Source: a virus (taxonomy: Duplodnaviria > Caudoviricetes). Taken from it: 58,515 nt of DNA. The stretch is from the IMG/VR virus record IMGVR_UViG_3300022208_000278, positions 1 through 58,515 of that record, one strand, 5' to 3'. The notes beneath the pieces were generated by a model. That model was not told the origin of the DNA. It saw only the letters and a program-made list of their open reading frames with translations, and ran no database searches. Numbering within the stretch: the first letter of the stretch is position 1; every line of letters starts with the position of its first letter. The translations under genes and the position numbers were made by a program. Shown in pieces: positions 27,238 to 37,696 of the stretch.

Positions 27238-29619
27238 TTAACCCCTTATCCCGCGCCGTGGCGTGTAGTGATAAATAAAACTGTTTAGTGTGAATGGCAT
27301 GATGTAATCGCCAGTGCCTGACACGGTGACTTGGTGGTTTACCGAAGTCCCCTCCATCTCAACTTCTACTGGTACGTTAGACTGAGCATCCCAGAACGGG
27401 AGTCCAGAATCCCAATACGGGCCTACGTCCCATAGTGCATAAGCCATGTTCGCTATGTAGTTTGCCGAGCTTGGTTGCATCTCATCAGTACCGCCCCACG
27501 CCAAACTGTACCCAAAGTTAAGTTCAGCATAATGCTCTCCTTGCATTTCAATGCTGCACCTTCTCCAACGCTTTAGCACCCGTGGTGATCCAGCAAAATT
27601 CCATGCAAACGTTGCATGCCAATCAATATCCGCACCATCGAACGATGACCCCTTATCCAGTTGGTATACATAGCCGTCTGTAGCACCGATAAGCAAAACT
27701 TCTTCTCCGGTTGATAGTGTTGAGCTGCTTGCGCAGTACGGTACAAATGGGAATTTGATCTGCGCTGCACCAACAAACTTTCCATTTATGATGGTCACGT
27801 ACAAAGCATATCCGTCGCTGAAAAATATGCGGTATTGGCTTCGCTCCTTACTTACACCAGAACATGACACATATGGAACTTTTTCTTTTATGAATTTCTT
27901 AATGTTGTTCGTCAGGGTCGCGTCTTCGAAGTTACCGAATATTTGAGATGCTTGAAGACTGGTTACACCGTGCGCCCCCATGAAATATGTCTGAGACATA
28001 TTTTGGATTGAGTAAGGAATTGAACCTACCCCGTTTGCGTAGCTTTCTGGCCTCCATGTGTTACCTGATAAATCAGCCGAAGTTCCATATAGGATCGTCA
28101 TCTTTGATTTTCCACCGATAAGCAGTGCGGCAGTTAAATCAGAACCGGGCAGCGAACTAAATCCTGTCACTGTATCGCCAATGTTTATTTCTGATGCTCC
28201 AGCGGTTACAGTCCAGTTGTAAGGTGCGCCAATACCGGAGCTTAAAATGCTCGTCCCATATGAAATAAACAAATGGTTCTTGTGCGCTTTGATATGGTTA
28301 GGTGCGTCCGTGGTGAGTGCGGAAGTAATTGGCACAAAGTAATCACCATCGAACTCAAATGCTCTATTAACTCCATCACATCCGTACAGCCTTTTGCTCC
28401 CAGACTGTCCTTGGCCGGAGAATCTTTCGATGTCGAATTCAAACTTTTGGTTTGAGCCTGTTGCGAGGGTGATAGCTGAATAATTTCCAGTCAGTGTTAG
28501 CACTCCAGAGCCAGAACCTGTTGCCGTTGCGTTGCTGGCTGTAGCAGTATGTGTTCCAGAACCCAATACCGTTGTATTTATCGCAGCGCCTCCTATGGTC
28601 AAACTCAGCGTGAATGTGTCTGCTCCTGTAGATGTAACGTAATACGGTGTCCCTGCAACAAGCGGGGCGTCTAATGTACCAGTGGTGGAGAATGTGACAA
28701 TTGAGTCGGTCGCTCTTCCGTGCGCCACCCATGTAACTACCGCTGGGCTGGCAACGCCAATCGTTACAGCCGATGAAGCAACCGTACCGCTAAATGCCCC
28801 AGTAGGTGATTGTACGATAAGCCGCCCTGAATTTATTCCAGAGGCCAAAGTGCCTGACTGAACGACAACCCTTCTTATTGTTGCTGTCTGCCCGTTGTTA
28901 GTGAGCGTGTCACCTTCGCTTACAAATGAATTCGCGTTTGTAAACGAAACTTCGTACAGAAAATCAACCAGCGTCCATCCGCTAGTCGTTGACTTATACA
29001 TCTCAACCAGCGCCGCCCCAGCCTTCTTTTTGAAGGCGTATTTCACATCATTGTAAACAACAACGCCAAGCACGGTTTCAGTCGTCGCATCGCCCGGAAC
29101 TTTACCGATCAGAGCGCGATACACGTCTGCTGCGTAATTCATGAATTGAGCTGCGAGTTTGTGCGTGATAGAGATTGTTAATGCTGTGACTACGCCGACC
29201 GTTACTGGGCCGGTTGTTGTTACAGTCTCGCCGTCAACATAGGTGGCAGTACCAGTAAGCGCGGTGACTACCATGTAATTTGCGCCTACATAAGCTATCG
29301 TCCCACTATGTGCTCCACCAGATACGCCGTCGAGTGGCTGTCCTATACTCGGCGTATTGGTAAAGCTGACCACTTGGACAATGACGTAAGTTGCAGAACT
29401 CGGCGCACTCCTTCCATCTGTGCGCTCGTATCCGCCAACCCTTGAATATCCTCCAGTGTTCGATACTTCTGCGTTCAACACATCACGCAAAATACCGGGC
29501 TTAAGTTGCATTGTCGGGGTGTTTTGATCCCATCCGCCACGACATTCTACGATGTCGTACTGGACTTCTAGACCTTGCACGTTTTGTGCGTGCGGCCTTT
29601 TAGGCGGAACCATCCTCAT
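27238..29619 (-). CDS. tail hub / packaged-DNA stabilisation protein
   Basis: 793-aa beta-propeller-like protein after the adaptor; podovirus synteny. Confidence 0.65.
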   Translation of the reverse strand: MRMVPPKRPHAQNVQGLEVQYDIVECRGGWDQNTPTMQLKPGILRDVLNAEVSNTGGYSRVGGYERTDGRSAPSSATYVIVQVVSFTNTPSIGQPLDGVSGGAHSGTIAYVGANYMVVTALTGTATYVDGETVTTTGPVTVGVVTALTISITHKLAAQFMNYAADVYRALIGKVPGDATTETVLGVVVYNDVKYAFKKKAGAALVEMYKSTTSGWTLVDFLYEVSFTNANSFVSEGDTLTNNGQTATIRRVVVQSGTLASGINSGRLIVQSPTGAFSGTVASSAVTIGVASPAVVTWVAHGRATDSIVTFSTTGTLDAPLVAGTPYYVTSTGADTFTLSLTIGGAAINTTVLGSGTHTATASNATATGSGSGVLTLTGNYSAITLATGSNQKFEFDIERFSGQGQSGSKRLYGCDGVNRAFEFDGDYFVPITSALTTDAPNHIKAHKNHLFISYGTSILSSGIGAPYNWTVTAGASEINIGDTVTGFSSLPGSDLTAALLIGGKSKMTILYGTSADLSGNTWRPESYANGVGSIPYSIQNMSQTYFMGAHGVTSLQASQIFGNFEDATLTNNIKKFIKEKVPYVSCSGVSKERSQYRIFFSDGYALYVTIINGKFVGAAQIKFPFVPYCASSSTLSTGEEVLLIGATDGYVYQLDKGSSFDGADIDWHATFAWNFAGSPRVLKRWRRCSIEMQGEHYAELNFGYSLAWGGTDEMQPSSANYIANMAYALWDVGPYWDSGLPFWDAQSNVPVEVEMEGTSVNHQVTVSGTGDYIMPFTLNSFIYHYTPRRGIRG

Positions 29620-30299
29620 TCCGGGCGCACCGTCATCACTACGCCATCCATCCGCCTTCCGATTTGGTTGGGGCGATACTTAGCTTCCAGTTTGTCAAGT
29701 AAGAAGTCATATTCGATCTGCCCTGCCTGTAGAACTTCGCTAGCCGCGTAGGTCTCGCCATAAGCGATCTTTGCCTTTGCGATGATGATGCGCTCGTATT
29801 CTTCTGGGATGGGCGAAGTGGCGGAATCGGTTGTCATCTTTGCCGGGCGCTTCCAATAGTCTGCGGTGAGTGAATAGATTGCATCTGGCGGCGATTCAAG
29901 AATCAGTGACTGGTCAGGCTTGATTGCTACATAGCTCGGACTTTGATTTGTTTTTACGCCTTGGCGGTAATTCCTGCGCCATTTCGTATAGTTAAGTACG
30001 GTTAGCTTCTTGTATGTGGACAGGCTGTAGTTCAAATAGAACGAATCCTCATCCCATACGCCGATGTCCGACGGCGCAGATACGGCGGCAGTTCCGACAA
30101 CGGTATTTTCTGCCCACGATCCAATATGGAGAAAATCCCAATCAAACCACAATCCCTGAATTTCAACATCCGCGTCTTGAACGAATTTAACATGCTTCAA
30201 TGCATCGCCTGTTTGCGATACTATTGTTGTTGGTGCGCTTGCCTCTCCGCTTTCGAGCGCCGCCTTTTGCACCAATTCAAGGAACGTGGACTTTGCCAT
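29616..30299 (-). CDS. head-tail adaptor
   Basis: MAKSTFLELVQ... and PIPEEYERII motif; synteny. Confidence 0.7.
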   Translation of the reverse strand: MAKSTFLELVQKAALESGEASAPTTIVSQTGDALKHVKFVQDADVEIQGLWFDWDFLHIGSWAENTVVGTAAVSAPSDIGVWDEDSFYLNYSLSTYKKLTVLNYTKWRRNYRQGVKTNQSPSYVAIKPDQSLILESPPDAIYSLTADYWKRPAKMTTDSATSPIPEEYERIIIAKAKIAYGETYAASEVLQAGQIEYDFLLDKLEAKYRPNQIGRRMDGVVMTVRPE

Positions 30300-30300
30300 A

Positions 30301-30594
30301 TCAGCCTACCTTTATGCCTTGTCCGTTGAAGTAGTGCCCGCCTTGGACAAACCTTGCCCCCGGAGCATCAGCTATACTTCCACTGACTTTCCCGTATGGC
30401 TTGCTCTTGTCGAACACAACATCGTCCTCTTTTACGCTGATGCTCATAGCGGCTTCGGCGAGATCGACCTTCACGCCTTCTGCGGCCGGTAATTCACGCA
30501 ACAACACTAATCCATCAGCAACATTAGTGTAAACACCACCGCGCTCTTCGACAAGCTTCTTGATTTTCTTCCAGTGCATCGTCTCGTAGTTCAT
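30301..30594 (-). CDS. hypothetical protein
   Basis: Coupled ORF in late operon. Confidence 0.6.
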   Translation of the reverse strand: MNYETMHWKKIKKLVEERGGVYTNVADGLVLLRELPAAEGVKVDLAEAAMSISVKEDDVVFDKSKPYGKVSGSIADAPGARFVQGGHYFNGQGIKVG

Positions 30595-30773
30595 AGTGGG
30601 CTGCGGCTTACAAGGCCGGTCTCGTTGATTTGCTTGCTGGTTGTCTTGTCGGCTTGCTCATACGCTTCGCGCTGAGTTGACATTGGGCGATTTTCGCCAA
30701 TCATCCAATCCTTGCCTTTGGTGTGCCCTATTGGTTTTTCGTCCATGCAATCGCACATATCCATGTATTTCAT
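30591..30773 (-). CDS. hypothetical protein
   Basis: AAGGAGG RBS. Confidence 0.6.
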   Translation of the reverse strand: MKYMDMCDCMDEKPIGHTKGKDWMIGENRPMSTQREAYEQADKTTSKQINETGLVSRSPL

Positions 30774-30784
30774 GATGCCTCCTT

Positions 30785-30811
30785 AAAAAAATAGGGGGCC
30801 GAAGCCCCTAA
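30785..30811 (-). terminator. rho-independent terminator
   Basis: GGGGC-TTCG-GCCCC hairpin followed by a U-tract on - strand; second hairpin copy at 30940-30954. Confidence 0.65.
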
Positions 30812-30960
30812 AATAATGATACCTGCAAATCATCAACTAGAGCTTTAACTCTACCAAGGTAATCTCCAGACGCAATCTTCCCTTTCCAGAAGATGTGCAT
30901 TTATTTACACCGCAACATTTACAGATTTTCATTATTTTAGGGGCCGAAGCCCCCAACCAC

Positions 30961-31119
30961 TTACTTGATTTTGAAGCTACCGCGATCAGTTTTCACCGTC
31001 TCGGTTTTCGCTACAGGACGCTGACCGTTTTGGTCTCCGGTCTGCCCGCGCAGCGGTGCTTTGCCATCAAATTTCGTTTGCTCGGACAAGCCGAGTTTGT
31101 TGCCGGTATCGTTTGCCAT
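30961..31119 (-). CDS. small hypothetical protein
   Basis: AAGGAG RBS, 52 aa. Confidence 0.55.
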   Translation of the reverse strand: MANDTGNKLGLSEQTKFDGKAPLRGQTGDQNGQRPVAKTETVKTDRGSFKIK

Positions 31120-31136
31120 GATGCTTTTCTCCTTGG

Positions 31137-31526
31137 TTAGAACCACTCAATGATAACGTCGTAGGTGATAACTCCAGCGGGGGAGCCTGTCGCATTCGCT
31201 ACGGTAGTCAGAAGCAAGTCAGTATCCGCTGGCAAGTCTCGTGTGGTGACAGCCGATGCGCCGGGCAAATCATTCAAACGCGAGATGTCAGGCGCTGTCA
31301 TGGCTGGCGGCAAGAATGCAGCATATGCCGTCAATGTGCCAGTGATACCAAACTTCAACTGAGTTGGTGTTGAACCCAGAACGTGGGTAGTCGTGCAGCG
31401 GGCAATGATGTCAATCAGTCGGCCAGTCTTGCCTTTTGGCCCTGCGATTGGAATCGTCACTGCTGCGTCGGTTGTGGTAATGGCCCCGGTAGTATGGGTG
31501 ACGCTTGTTGGGTTGCTATAAGACAT
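31137..31526 (-). CDS. capsid decoration/cement protein
   Basis: Immediately downstream of MCP, beta-rich 129 aa. Confidence 0.55.
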   Translation of the reverse strand: MSYSNPTSVTHTTGAITTTDAAVTIPIAGPKGKTGRLIDIIARCTTTHVLGSTPTQLKFGITGTLTAYAAFLPPAMTAPDISRLNDLPGASAVTTRDLPADTDLLLTTVANATGSPAGVITYDVIIEWF

Positions 31527-31553
31527 ATTATTTCTCCTTATGTTGGTGAGTGA

Positions 31554-32504
31554 TTACGCTGCGCTTGCCCACTTGATGATGCGAGACTGAGCCGCCGCAG
31601 TATGAACCAGAGCAAAACCTTCCAGCGCGTACCAAGCGATACCCTTATCACGTCCAAAATCTGTAGGAACCTTGCCGCGAATTTCTTCTGGGCAAACAAT
31701 CGCCTCGATCACAGTATCCTCGCCGAAGAAGTAAGCCTCATCAGACTTGGCATTACTCCAGCCTTGGGATGCTACAGCAGTTTGCTCGAAGAAGCGGCAG
31801 CCAGCATACGACCGGCCCACTTCGCCGTTCAGAATATTCCTGAAGCCTTCTGGCGTATAAGCATGGATCGCTTCCAGATCGTCATTAAAAGACAAAAACG
31901 TGTCAGGACGGCCAATGCAGCGATAATTACCATCCGTATATGTAGGAATATTGCGCTCCTTCATTTCAGTGATAATCAACTTGACGTGAGTGTTATTCAA
32001 CGCCAGATTGTTGGTAGCCGTTGCTGTTCCAGTGGTTTCCAGAGTGATCGCGGTTGCAGAGTTCCCGGACGCAGGAGTTACGGTTAGCTTGGTTGCTGCG
32101 AACTGCGCACGCGCTTCATTTTCAAACGCCTTGTGAGCATCATTCTTCAGAGCCTTGTGGATGATCTGCTTGATCGGCTGCTTGGACAGGTCGTCCAATT
32201 TGCCGGAATACGGAACGGTTTGACCGAATTCGTACACAGTTCCAGACCCTTGAGTGATTGTCAGGCTGGATTCTGGCATCCGCTCTGTTTCAGAAATACG
32301 CCCACCTTGAGTACCCAGATCGGAATAGATGTTCCATGTGTACAAATCTCCTTTTCCGTAGCCCTTGTCGGTAAAATCTTGCGCATCGCAATGCTGGCGG
32401 AAGCGGGACATGGGTTGGAGCGCCATGCGAATTGTGTCGGAAAGTTCCTCCGAAAACATATAGCCACCGAGCGAATCGGTAGCCCATACTTGACCTTGTG
32501 CCAT
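31554..32504 (-). CDS. major capsid protein (N4-gp56-like)
   Basis: 316 aa; NGEVG..AGCRFFE and DFGRDKGIAWYALEGF motifs; follows scaffold. Confidence 0.85.
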   Translation of the reverse strand: MAQGQVWATDSLGGYMFSEELSDTIRMALQPMSRFRQHCDAQDFTDKGYGKGDLYTWNIYSDLGTQGGRISETERMPESSLTITQGSGTVYEFGQTVPYSGKLDDLSKQPIKQIIHKALKNDAHKAFENEARAQFAATKLTVTPASGNSATAITLETTGTATATNNLALNNTHVKLIITEMKERNIPTYTDGNYRCIGRPDTFLSFNDDLEAIHAYTPEGFRNILNGEVGRSYAGCRFFEQTAVASQGWSNAKSDEAYFFGEDTVIEAIVCPEEIRGKVPTDFGRDKGIAWYALEGFALVHTAAAQSRIIKWASAA

Positions 32505-32530
32505 AATAAATCTCCTTGTTAAACGTTAAG

Positions 32531-33598
32531 TTATTCAAGCCCACGCATTTTGCGCATGTTCTCGATGTATTGACTGCTTGTGGGTGCTTTTGGAGCCTGC
32601 CGAGGTACCGCCCTGGCGCTTCCACCCTTGACTACGGTTAATTGGCGTTTTGCTTCCAACTTATCGTCTTTCGACGTGTCGTCGGGGAGCTTGTTGCCGA
32701 TGCCTTTGTTACTCATCCAATCGCGGACGAACAGCGCAGATTCTTCAACGATCATTTTTGGAGACCAGTTTGGGTTCGCCTTTTGAAGATCAATTGTTTT
32801 TTGGTTTGCTATTGAACGCAATGTTTCGTCTTCTGCAATGTCGTTATGCTCTCTCCAGAACCAATCGCTGGCCTCTGTTGCTTCTGCATTTCGCTGACGC
32901 TGCCTTTCTTCTTCCTGTTCTCGCCGTATTTCGGCGCGGACTTCCGCCGCCGCGTTTTTTGCGATTTCTTCAGTGTTGACCTTACGCGAGCCTTGCATCT
33001 GCATAAGCAAGGCATCTGCTGTATCCATGTCCCCATCAAGCAGCGCTTCGCTGTATTTGCGCGCTAGTCCCTTCATTTCTTCTGCGTTCGCAGTTTTTTC
33101 TACAGGATCAGCTTGCTTGCGTTGCAACTCCTGACGAGCGGCCTGAATTTCACGTTCTTGCGCGTCAAGCTGGGCTTTTCTGGTCTCAATTTCACGGCGT
33201 TCTGCCGCAGCTTGGTTGAGCAATTCAGATGCAGCAGCGTTCTTTCTGTATGCCTCAATCCCACCAGCCGCTTCAATCTTTGATTTCGGCACCATCTTTT
33301 CTTTGCCGTTTACCTTAACCAACACCTCTTCTTCTGGAATCGGTTTTGCTGGATTGTCTGTGTCACTACCAGGGTCAACATCCTGCGTATTATCAACCGG
33401 CTTGTTCTCAGCCCCGATTACCGTCCCTCCTCCTTCCGCCTTGCGTTGCTCAGAATGCTTTTTGTAAATCGCAGCACGAGGATTGCTTTCATCAGTTTCA
33501 ACTTTTGGCTCCGGTTTCCCGGCATCCAAGTCGATAGGGTCACGCTTTTCGTTTATTACGATTTCAGGCGCTTCGTCTTGCAGTTGCTTTTGATTCAT
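32531..33598 (-). CDS. capsid scaffolding protein
   Basis: Acidic coiled-coil, VKVNGKEKMV motif, precedes MCP. Confidence 0.75.
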   Translation of the reverse strand: MNQKQLQDEAPEIVINEKRDPIDLDAGKPEPKVETDESNPRAAIYKKHSEQRKAEGGGTVIGAENKPVDNTQDVDPGSDTDNPAKPIPEEEVLVKVNGKEKMVPKSKIEAAGGIEAYRKNAAASELLNQAAAERREIETRKAQLDAQEREIQAARQELQRKQADPVEKTANAEEMKGLARKYSEALLDGDMDTADALLMQMQGSRKVNTEEIAKNAAAEVRAEIRREQEEERQRQRNAEATEASDWFWREHNDIAEDETLRSIANQKTIDLQKANPNWSPKMIVEESALFVRDWMSNKGIGNKLPDDTSKDDKLEAKRQLTVVKGGSARAVPRQAPKAPTSSQYIENMRKMRGLE

Positions 33599-33633
33599 TA
33601 TTTCTCCTTTGCCAGCCCTTACGGGAGGGGCGT

Positions 33634-33656
33634 AAAAAAATCCGCACCTAGCGGAT
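33634..33656 (-). terminator. possible rho-independent terminator
   Basis: ATCCGC...GCGGAT hairpin with U-tract on - strand. Confidence 0.5.
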
Positions 33657-33732
33657 AGATTGATGAAGCGATAAAGCTGTTCAGTACAACCCCCAATTTC
33701 TTAGGGGCTGTGGTTAACGCTTCGGTACTGGA

Positions 33733-34587
33733 TTATGTGAAGGCAGGAATGGCGGTGGAAAATACCGCACCACAAACGAACCATTCTGTGCCATTACTGT
33801 AGATTTCAATCGCAGTTCCAGCTTCAGGCGTGGTGGCGGTCAACGTCAAATGCGACGTGCCGTTGCCATAAACTGGGACTGGAGAGGCGACGGCATTCGA
33901 GTCATCCCATGTCACGCCGCCGTTGTAGAACGATGGTGTAGTTGCAACGATAGCCCAGTTCTGCGCTTCGGTAGCAACACCGCCCATGACGAACTTGTAA
34001 CTCAGACCTGCGGCGATAACCGGGAGGTTGAGTGTGATGCTGCTCGTCTGCTCAAGGATGATGTGGAGCTTGCCGCTGTTAGCCGCCAAGACAGTGTATG
34101 GAGTGGCATCAGGGACAAAAACTGGAGCCTGTACTGTGGCACCACTAACTGTCAGCGTTGATCCTGCTTCATATGTCTGTCCTGAACCAGACTGCATAGT
34201 AAGTAGTCCGCCAGTTGGCATCACGGTGTCAAGATTTGCGTCGGAAGTCCACGCCCTGCTTGCTGCCAGCGTACCAAGCGTGGTGATGTCGTTGTAGTTC
34301 AATTCTGCTGCTGTAGCGGTTACTTGCGTCTCAGAACCGCTTGCACCGATATGCAATTGAGTGACTTTGGACACACCCGTATTGACATTGGAGTCCGCTA
34401 CAACAGCCTTGCCAGCAGCTTGAGTCCCATTGGTAATTCCGTCGATCTTAGCCAGATCAGAAGCAGCAATCCCGTTGATAGCAGCCAATTCCGCCAAGTC
34501 AATCTCGGTAGTTGTGCCGTCAGAATTTACGATGGTAATTGGATGATGAAAAGTTTGTTTTGTTTTTACATGTTCAAGTACTGCCAT
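33733..34587 (-). CDS. virion structural protein (head fibre-like)
   Basis: VTATAAELNY fibre motif; AGGAG RBS before ATG 34587. Confidence 0.6.
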   Translation of the reverse strand: MAVLEHVKTKQTFHHPITIVNSDGTTTEIDLAELAAINGIAASDLAKIDGITNGTQAAGKAVVADSNVNTGVSKVTQLHIGASGSETQVTATAAELNYNDITTLGTLAASRAWTSDANLDTVMPTGGLLTMQSGSGQTYEAGSTLTVSGATVQAPVFVPDATPYTVLAANSGKLHIILEQTSSITLNLPVIAAGLSYKFVMGGVATEAQNWAIVATTPSFYNGGVTWDDSNAVASPVPVYGNGTSHLTLTATTPEAGTAIEIYSNGTEWFVCGAVFSTAIPAFT

Positions 34588-34589
34588 GA

Positions 34590-34874
34590 TTACTCTCCTT
34601 GATTTTCGATTTCTTTCAATTGATCTGCGGCGTGTTGCCCTATCGCGGCAGTATCCCTTAACCACTGACCGAACATCCTTGCGACTGCGATGGTGTTGCG
34701 CAATTCCCGGTTGGACTTAATGTCTTCTGGGTCGGCTTCGACCAACAGTGCTGTCGCTTCAGTTATTTCCTTGTCAGCTTGCTTCATCATTTCCTTGCCC
34801 AGCGGGGAGCGCATGAACGCTTCCGCCTCTATTCCTATTTTTGCTACATCAAGCAATTGGTTTTCGTTGCTCAT
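34590..34874 (-). CDS. conserved small protein downstream of portal
   Basis: AEAFMRSPLG motif; coupled to portal. Confidence 0.65.
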   Translation of the reverse strand: MSNENQLLDVAKIGIEAEAFMRSPLGKEMMKQADKEITEATALLVEADPEDIKSNRELRNTIAVARMFGQWLRDTAAIGQHAADQLKEIENQGE

Positions 34875-37072
34875 CTTTGGAATGCCTCACCATTCGGGGC
34901 TTTGCCAGCAGGCTCGAAACTTGATTCGGCTACTTGCGGTGCGTTTGCTTGGCTGAACGCCAACTCCTTTTGTGTGCGAAGACTCATAGCCTCCTTCGCC
35001 AGCATTACTTTCAGGCTTTGCAGCGTCATGTCCTGACTTCCAGCAAGTTCAGCGGACTTAATCTGAGCATCAACTTGGGCTATCCACTGCTCAAGCATCC
35101 GGTCTTTTTCTGCCTCGGCTGCGGTGAATCGTGAAGCCACAACGTTGCCTTGCTGTCTTACCTGCTCGACCTGTACGCGAGACTCTCCCTGAACCCTTGC
35201 GGCCTCTATACGGCCTTTTATCTCCATCTCCTTGCCTTGCACCATCTGCTGGAGTTGTTGTATCGTTTGCTGCATCTGGGCGATCTGAGGGTTTTGCTCT
35301 TGACCAATCTGCGGGAAGAATCGCTTTCCGTCCTTATAACCTAACGCACCGAACACCTCACCTACAACCTGTTCGCCATCCAACCCCTGCATCAGTTGCG
35401 GAACAAACCCAGCGATAGACTGCAATCCCATCGCTAGCCTTTCAATGCGCTGCTGTGGGTTGGTTGATCCAAACCCTACGTTTACCCGGACATTTACCAA
35501 ACCTTGAAGCATCGCATCGCTGACTTCACTTACCCCGAACTTCTGGAATAATTTAGCGCGCTGCCCAGCTATCGCCAGAACAACTGGATCCGTCTCATAC
35601 GCTGCTTCCATCCTGACCAGTTGCTTCAAGGCCGGTTCAGCCCATGTTTCGGCATAAACCCGCAATTGATACTCGGTCAGGATATTGGAATCGCCTTGAA
35701 GCATGTTCATGCCGCCGACTGTTTCACCAAGTTTTCGATTGCTAGCTATTGAACCTGGCGAAAATGCTCCGGCCAATTCGTCGTAATCCATGTTGATGCG
35801 GTCTTGCTCTTGGTAGGCTGATCCGGTTACTTCGCCTGGTGAGTCCCACTTAATATCACTATTAATGTTGTCTACCAGCGTCACCGATCCAGGGACGTTA
35901 CGAGTCAGGCTCTTGTAATCAATATTGGCTGTACGGTTAGCGAAATATCGCTTGTTCATAGCCAAACTTACGTTGTCCCGGCGCTGATTGCCTACGTCAT
36001 TGGCATCCTCTTGGAGTGGAGCGGTCAACTCATTCAGTCCAGCGGGGTAGTTTTTATGCGCCTCAATTAGGCAGCTACCCATCACATAAGGCCGTTCGCC
36101 GTGCCTTAGGTGTTTGTATTGCTTGCGTAATGGGACAGGCTCAGATAGCCGCAAATGCGTCCCGAGCGTGTAGAAAATGTAATCCTCGCCATCCTCGCGG
36201 ATGATGTTTCTGTGTACCCATACCGTGTTGAAATCGCTTGTGGCGTGGATTACATCGCGGGAATCTGCACGCCTTTTCCCATCCCGCGCAGATTGGATGC
36301 TGTCATACTGCTCTTTCGTCGCCGCTTGAATCTCTCCTTCTTCGTACTCGATCCATTCGCCAGACTCCATTTTTGCCTCAACGTCCCCAATGTACATCGG
36401 GATCATTTCGATGATGTATGGAGTTGTCCCAATTGGGTCACGCCAGTCAGCGGCGGGGGAGATGCGGAAGTTCTCAATAGCAATTACGTCTATAACTGGA
36501 TTGTCCAGCAATATCTTGCGAACCTCCTGCGTCTCAGGCTCTCCATTTTCGCCAATAATCTCGGCCCCCATCTCATCCATAGCTGGGTATTGCTTGACAT
36601 CTTCCTTGAAATCCCAGTATTGGTGCGAGATGCAAACCCCGACATTGAGCGCGTCCTGGTAAGTGCCTATCACCGTCTGAAACCACGGGATAGAGTCATC
36701 GAGCCGGTAATTGAGCAATTCGGTCAATACTCCCGCGCTAACCAACTGGTTTTTGTCTTCTGGATTCTCAGCCTGAATACTCACAACATCAGCGGTCGAA
36801 AAAAAAGCCGTCGCAGCGGCGGCTTCGTTTCTGCGGATACTTGCTCGCGTCTTCGGTCGGAATCCCTTTGCTCTGAATTTATAGCTGTCAGAGTGGTATT
36901 TAGAGCCGGGGGCGTGCTTATTGTTGAAGTGCGCCATCGCCTTCTCAACACCATGGCGGATTGACGAATCGAACCAATCAGTGCTTTGTTCAAAGGCATC
37001 ACGGGCTTTGTCAAGCCAGTTATCGTCCTCTGGTGATTCAGATTTATTTTCGATGTTTTCTTCCATGCTCAC
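34871..37072 (-). CDS. portal protein
   Basis: 733 aa, P22-like portal with Gln-rich barrel C-terminus; after terminase. Confidence 0.85.
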   Translation of the reverse strand: MSMEENIENKSESPEDDNWLDKARDAFEQSTDWFDSSIRHGVEKAMAHFNNKHAPGSKYHSDSYKFRAKGFRPKTRASIRRNEAAAATAFFSTADVVSIQAENPEDKNQLVSAGVLTELLNYRLDDSIPWFQTVIGTYQDALNVGVCISHQYWDFKEDVKQYPAMDEMGAEIIGENGEPETQEVRKILLDNPVIDVIAIENFRISPAADWRDPIGTTPYIIEMIPMYIGDVEAKMESGEWIEYEEGEIQAATKEQYDSIQSARDGKRRADSRDVIHATSDFNTVWVHRNIIREDGEDYIFYTLGTHLRLSEPVPLRKQYKHLRHGERPYVMGSCLIEAHKNYPAGLNELTAPLQEDANDVGNQRRDNVSLAMNKRYFANRTANIDYKSLTRNVPGSVTLVDNINSDIKWDSPGEVTGSAYQEQDRINMDYDELAGAFSPGSIASNRKLGETVGGMNMLQGDSNILTEYQLRVYAETWAEPALKQLVRMEAAYETDPVVLAIAGQRAKLFQKFGVSEVSDAMLQGLVNVRVNVGFGSTNPQQRIERLAMGLQSIAGFVPQLMQGLDGEQVVGEVFGALGYKDGKRFFPQIGQEQNPQIAQMQQTIQQLQQMVQGKEMEIKGRIEAARVQGESRVQVEQVRQQGNVVASRFTAAEAEKDRMLEQWIAQVDAQIKSAELAGSQDMTLQSLKVMLAKEAMSLRTQKELAFSQANAPQVAESSFEPAGKAPNGEAFQR

Positions 37073-37440
37073 ATTTCAGGCACAAGCCGCCCAGTAAAGT
37101 CTCGTTTTGCATCATTGAGGTCGGTCAGCACCGCATTGGTACGCTGCCCCCTTGATATTCTATATCGCTCCAACAGCTCTCCAGCAGCTCGAATCACTTT
37201 CCGACCCTCTGGGTCAATGCGGCTAATGTGCATCAAAAAACCATAATTGCCATTGAGCGCCAGATTAGTCACCTCGATCACCCCGCCCGGTTCGTTTACC
37301 TTTATGCACCAAAGACTTTGACCGGATGCTTCATCGCAGAACACGGGATAAGCCATATTCAGGCGCTTAATCAGATTCTTTGCGAGTGTGTCGGCATAGC
37401 CAGATAATGGCTGGCCTGACAGGTCAGTGAGTATGTTCAT
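37069..37440 (-). CDS. hypothetical protein
   Basis: IRAAGELLERYRISRG motif; coupled to portal. Confidence 0.65.
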   Translation of the reverse strand: MNILTDLSGQPLSGYADTLAKNLIKRLNMAYPVFCDEASGQSLWCIKVNEPGGVIEVTNLALNGNYGFLMHISRIDPEGRKVIRAAGELLERYRISRGQRTNAVLTDLNDAKRDFTGRLVPEM

Positions 37441-37589
37441 GCAGTGTAGAACCCGTGTATCTCTTCCTCGCGGAATTCACGCTTGCCACCGTTGAACTCG
37501 TACACCACAGGCAACTCGTCCATCTTTTCGCCCTCAGCCTTGCGAACTTCGTCAGCCCACTCGAAAAATGTTGTGTTTGTATCAGCCAT
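37437..37589 (-). CDS. small hypothetical protein, 50 aa (MADTNTTFFEWADEVRKAEG...), not in ORF track
   Basis: Manual translation; ATGA overlap with next gene. Confidence 0.55.
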   Translation of the reverse strand: MADTNTTFFEWADEVRKAEGEKMDELPVVYEFNGGKREFREEEIHGFYTA

Positions 37590-37696
37590 TTTAATCACCC
37601 TTTCAATGGGTTTGCGGGCATGCTGTCATTTTTGCAACATGCTGATTATTTGGATAAAAGTCATACCTCGCCAGTGGGCTGATACAACCGAAAAAA

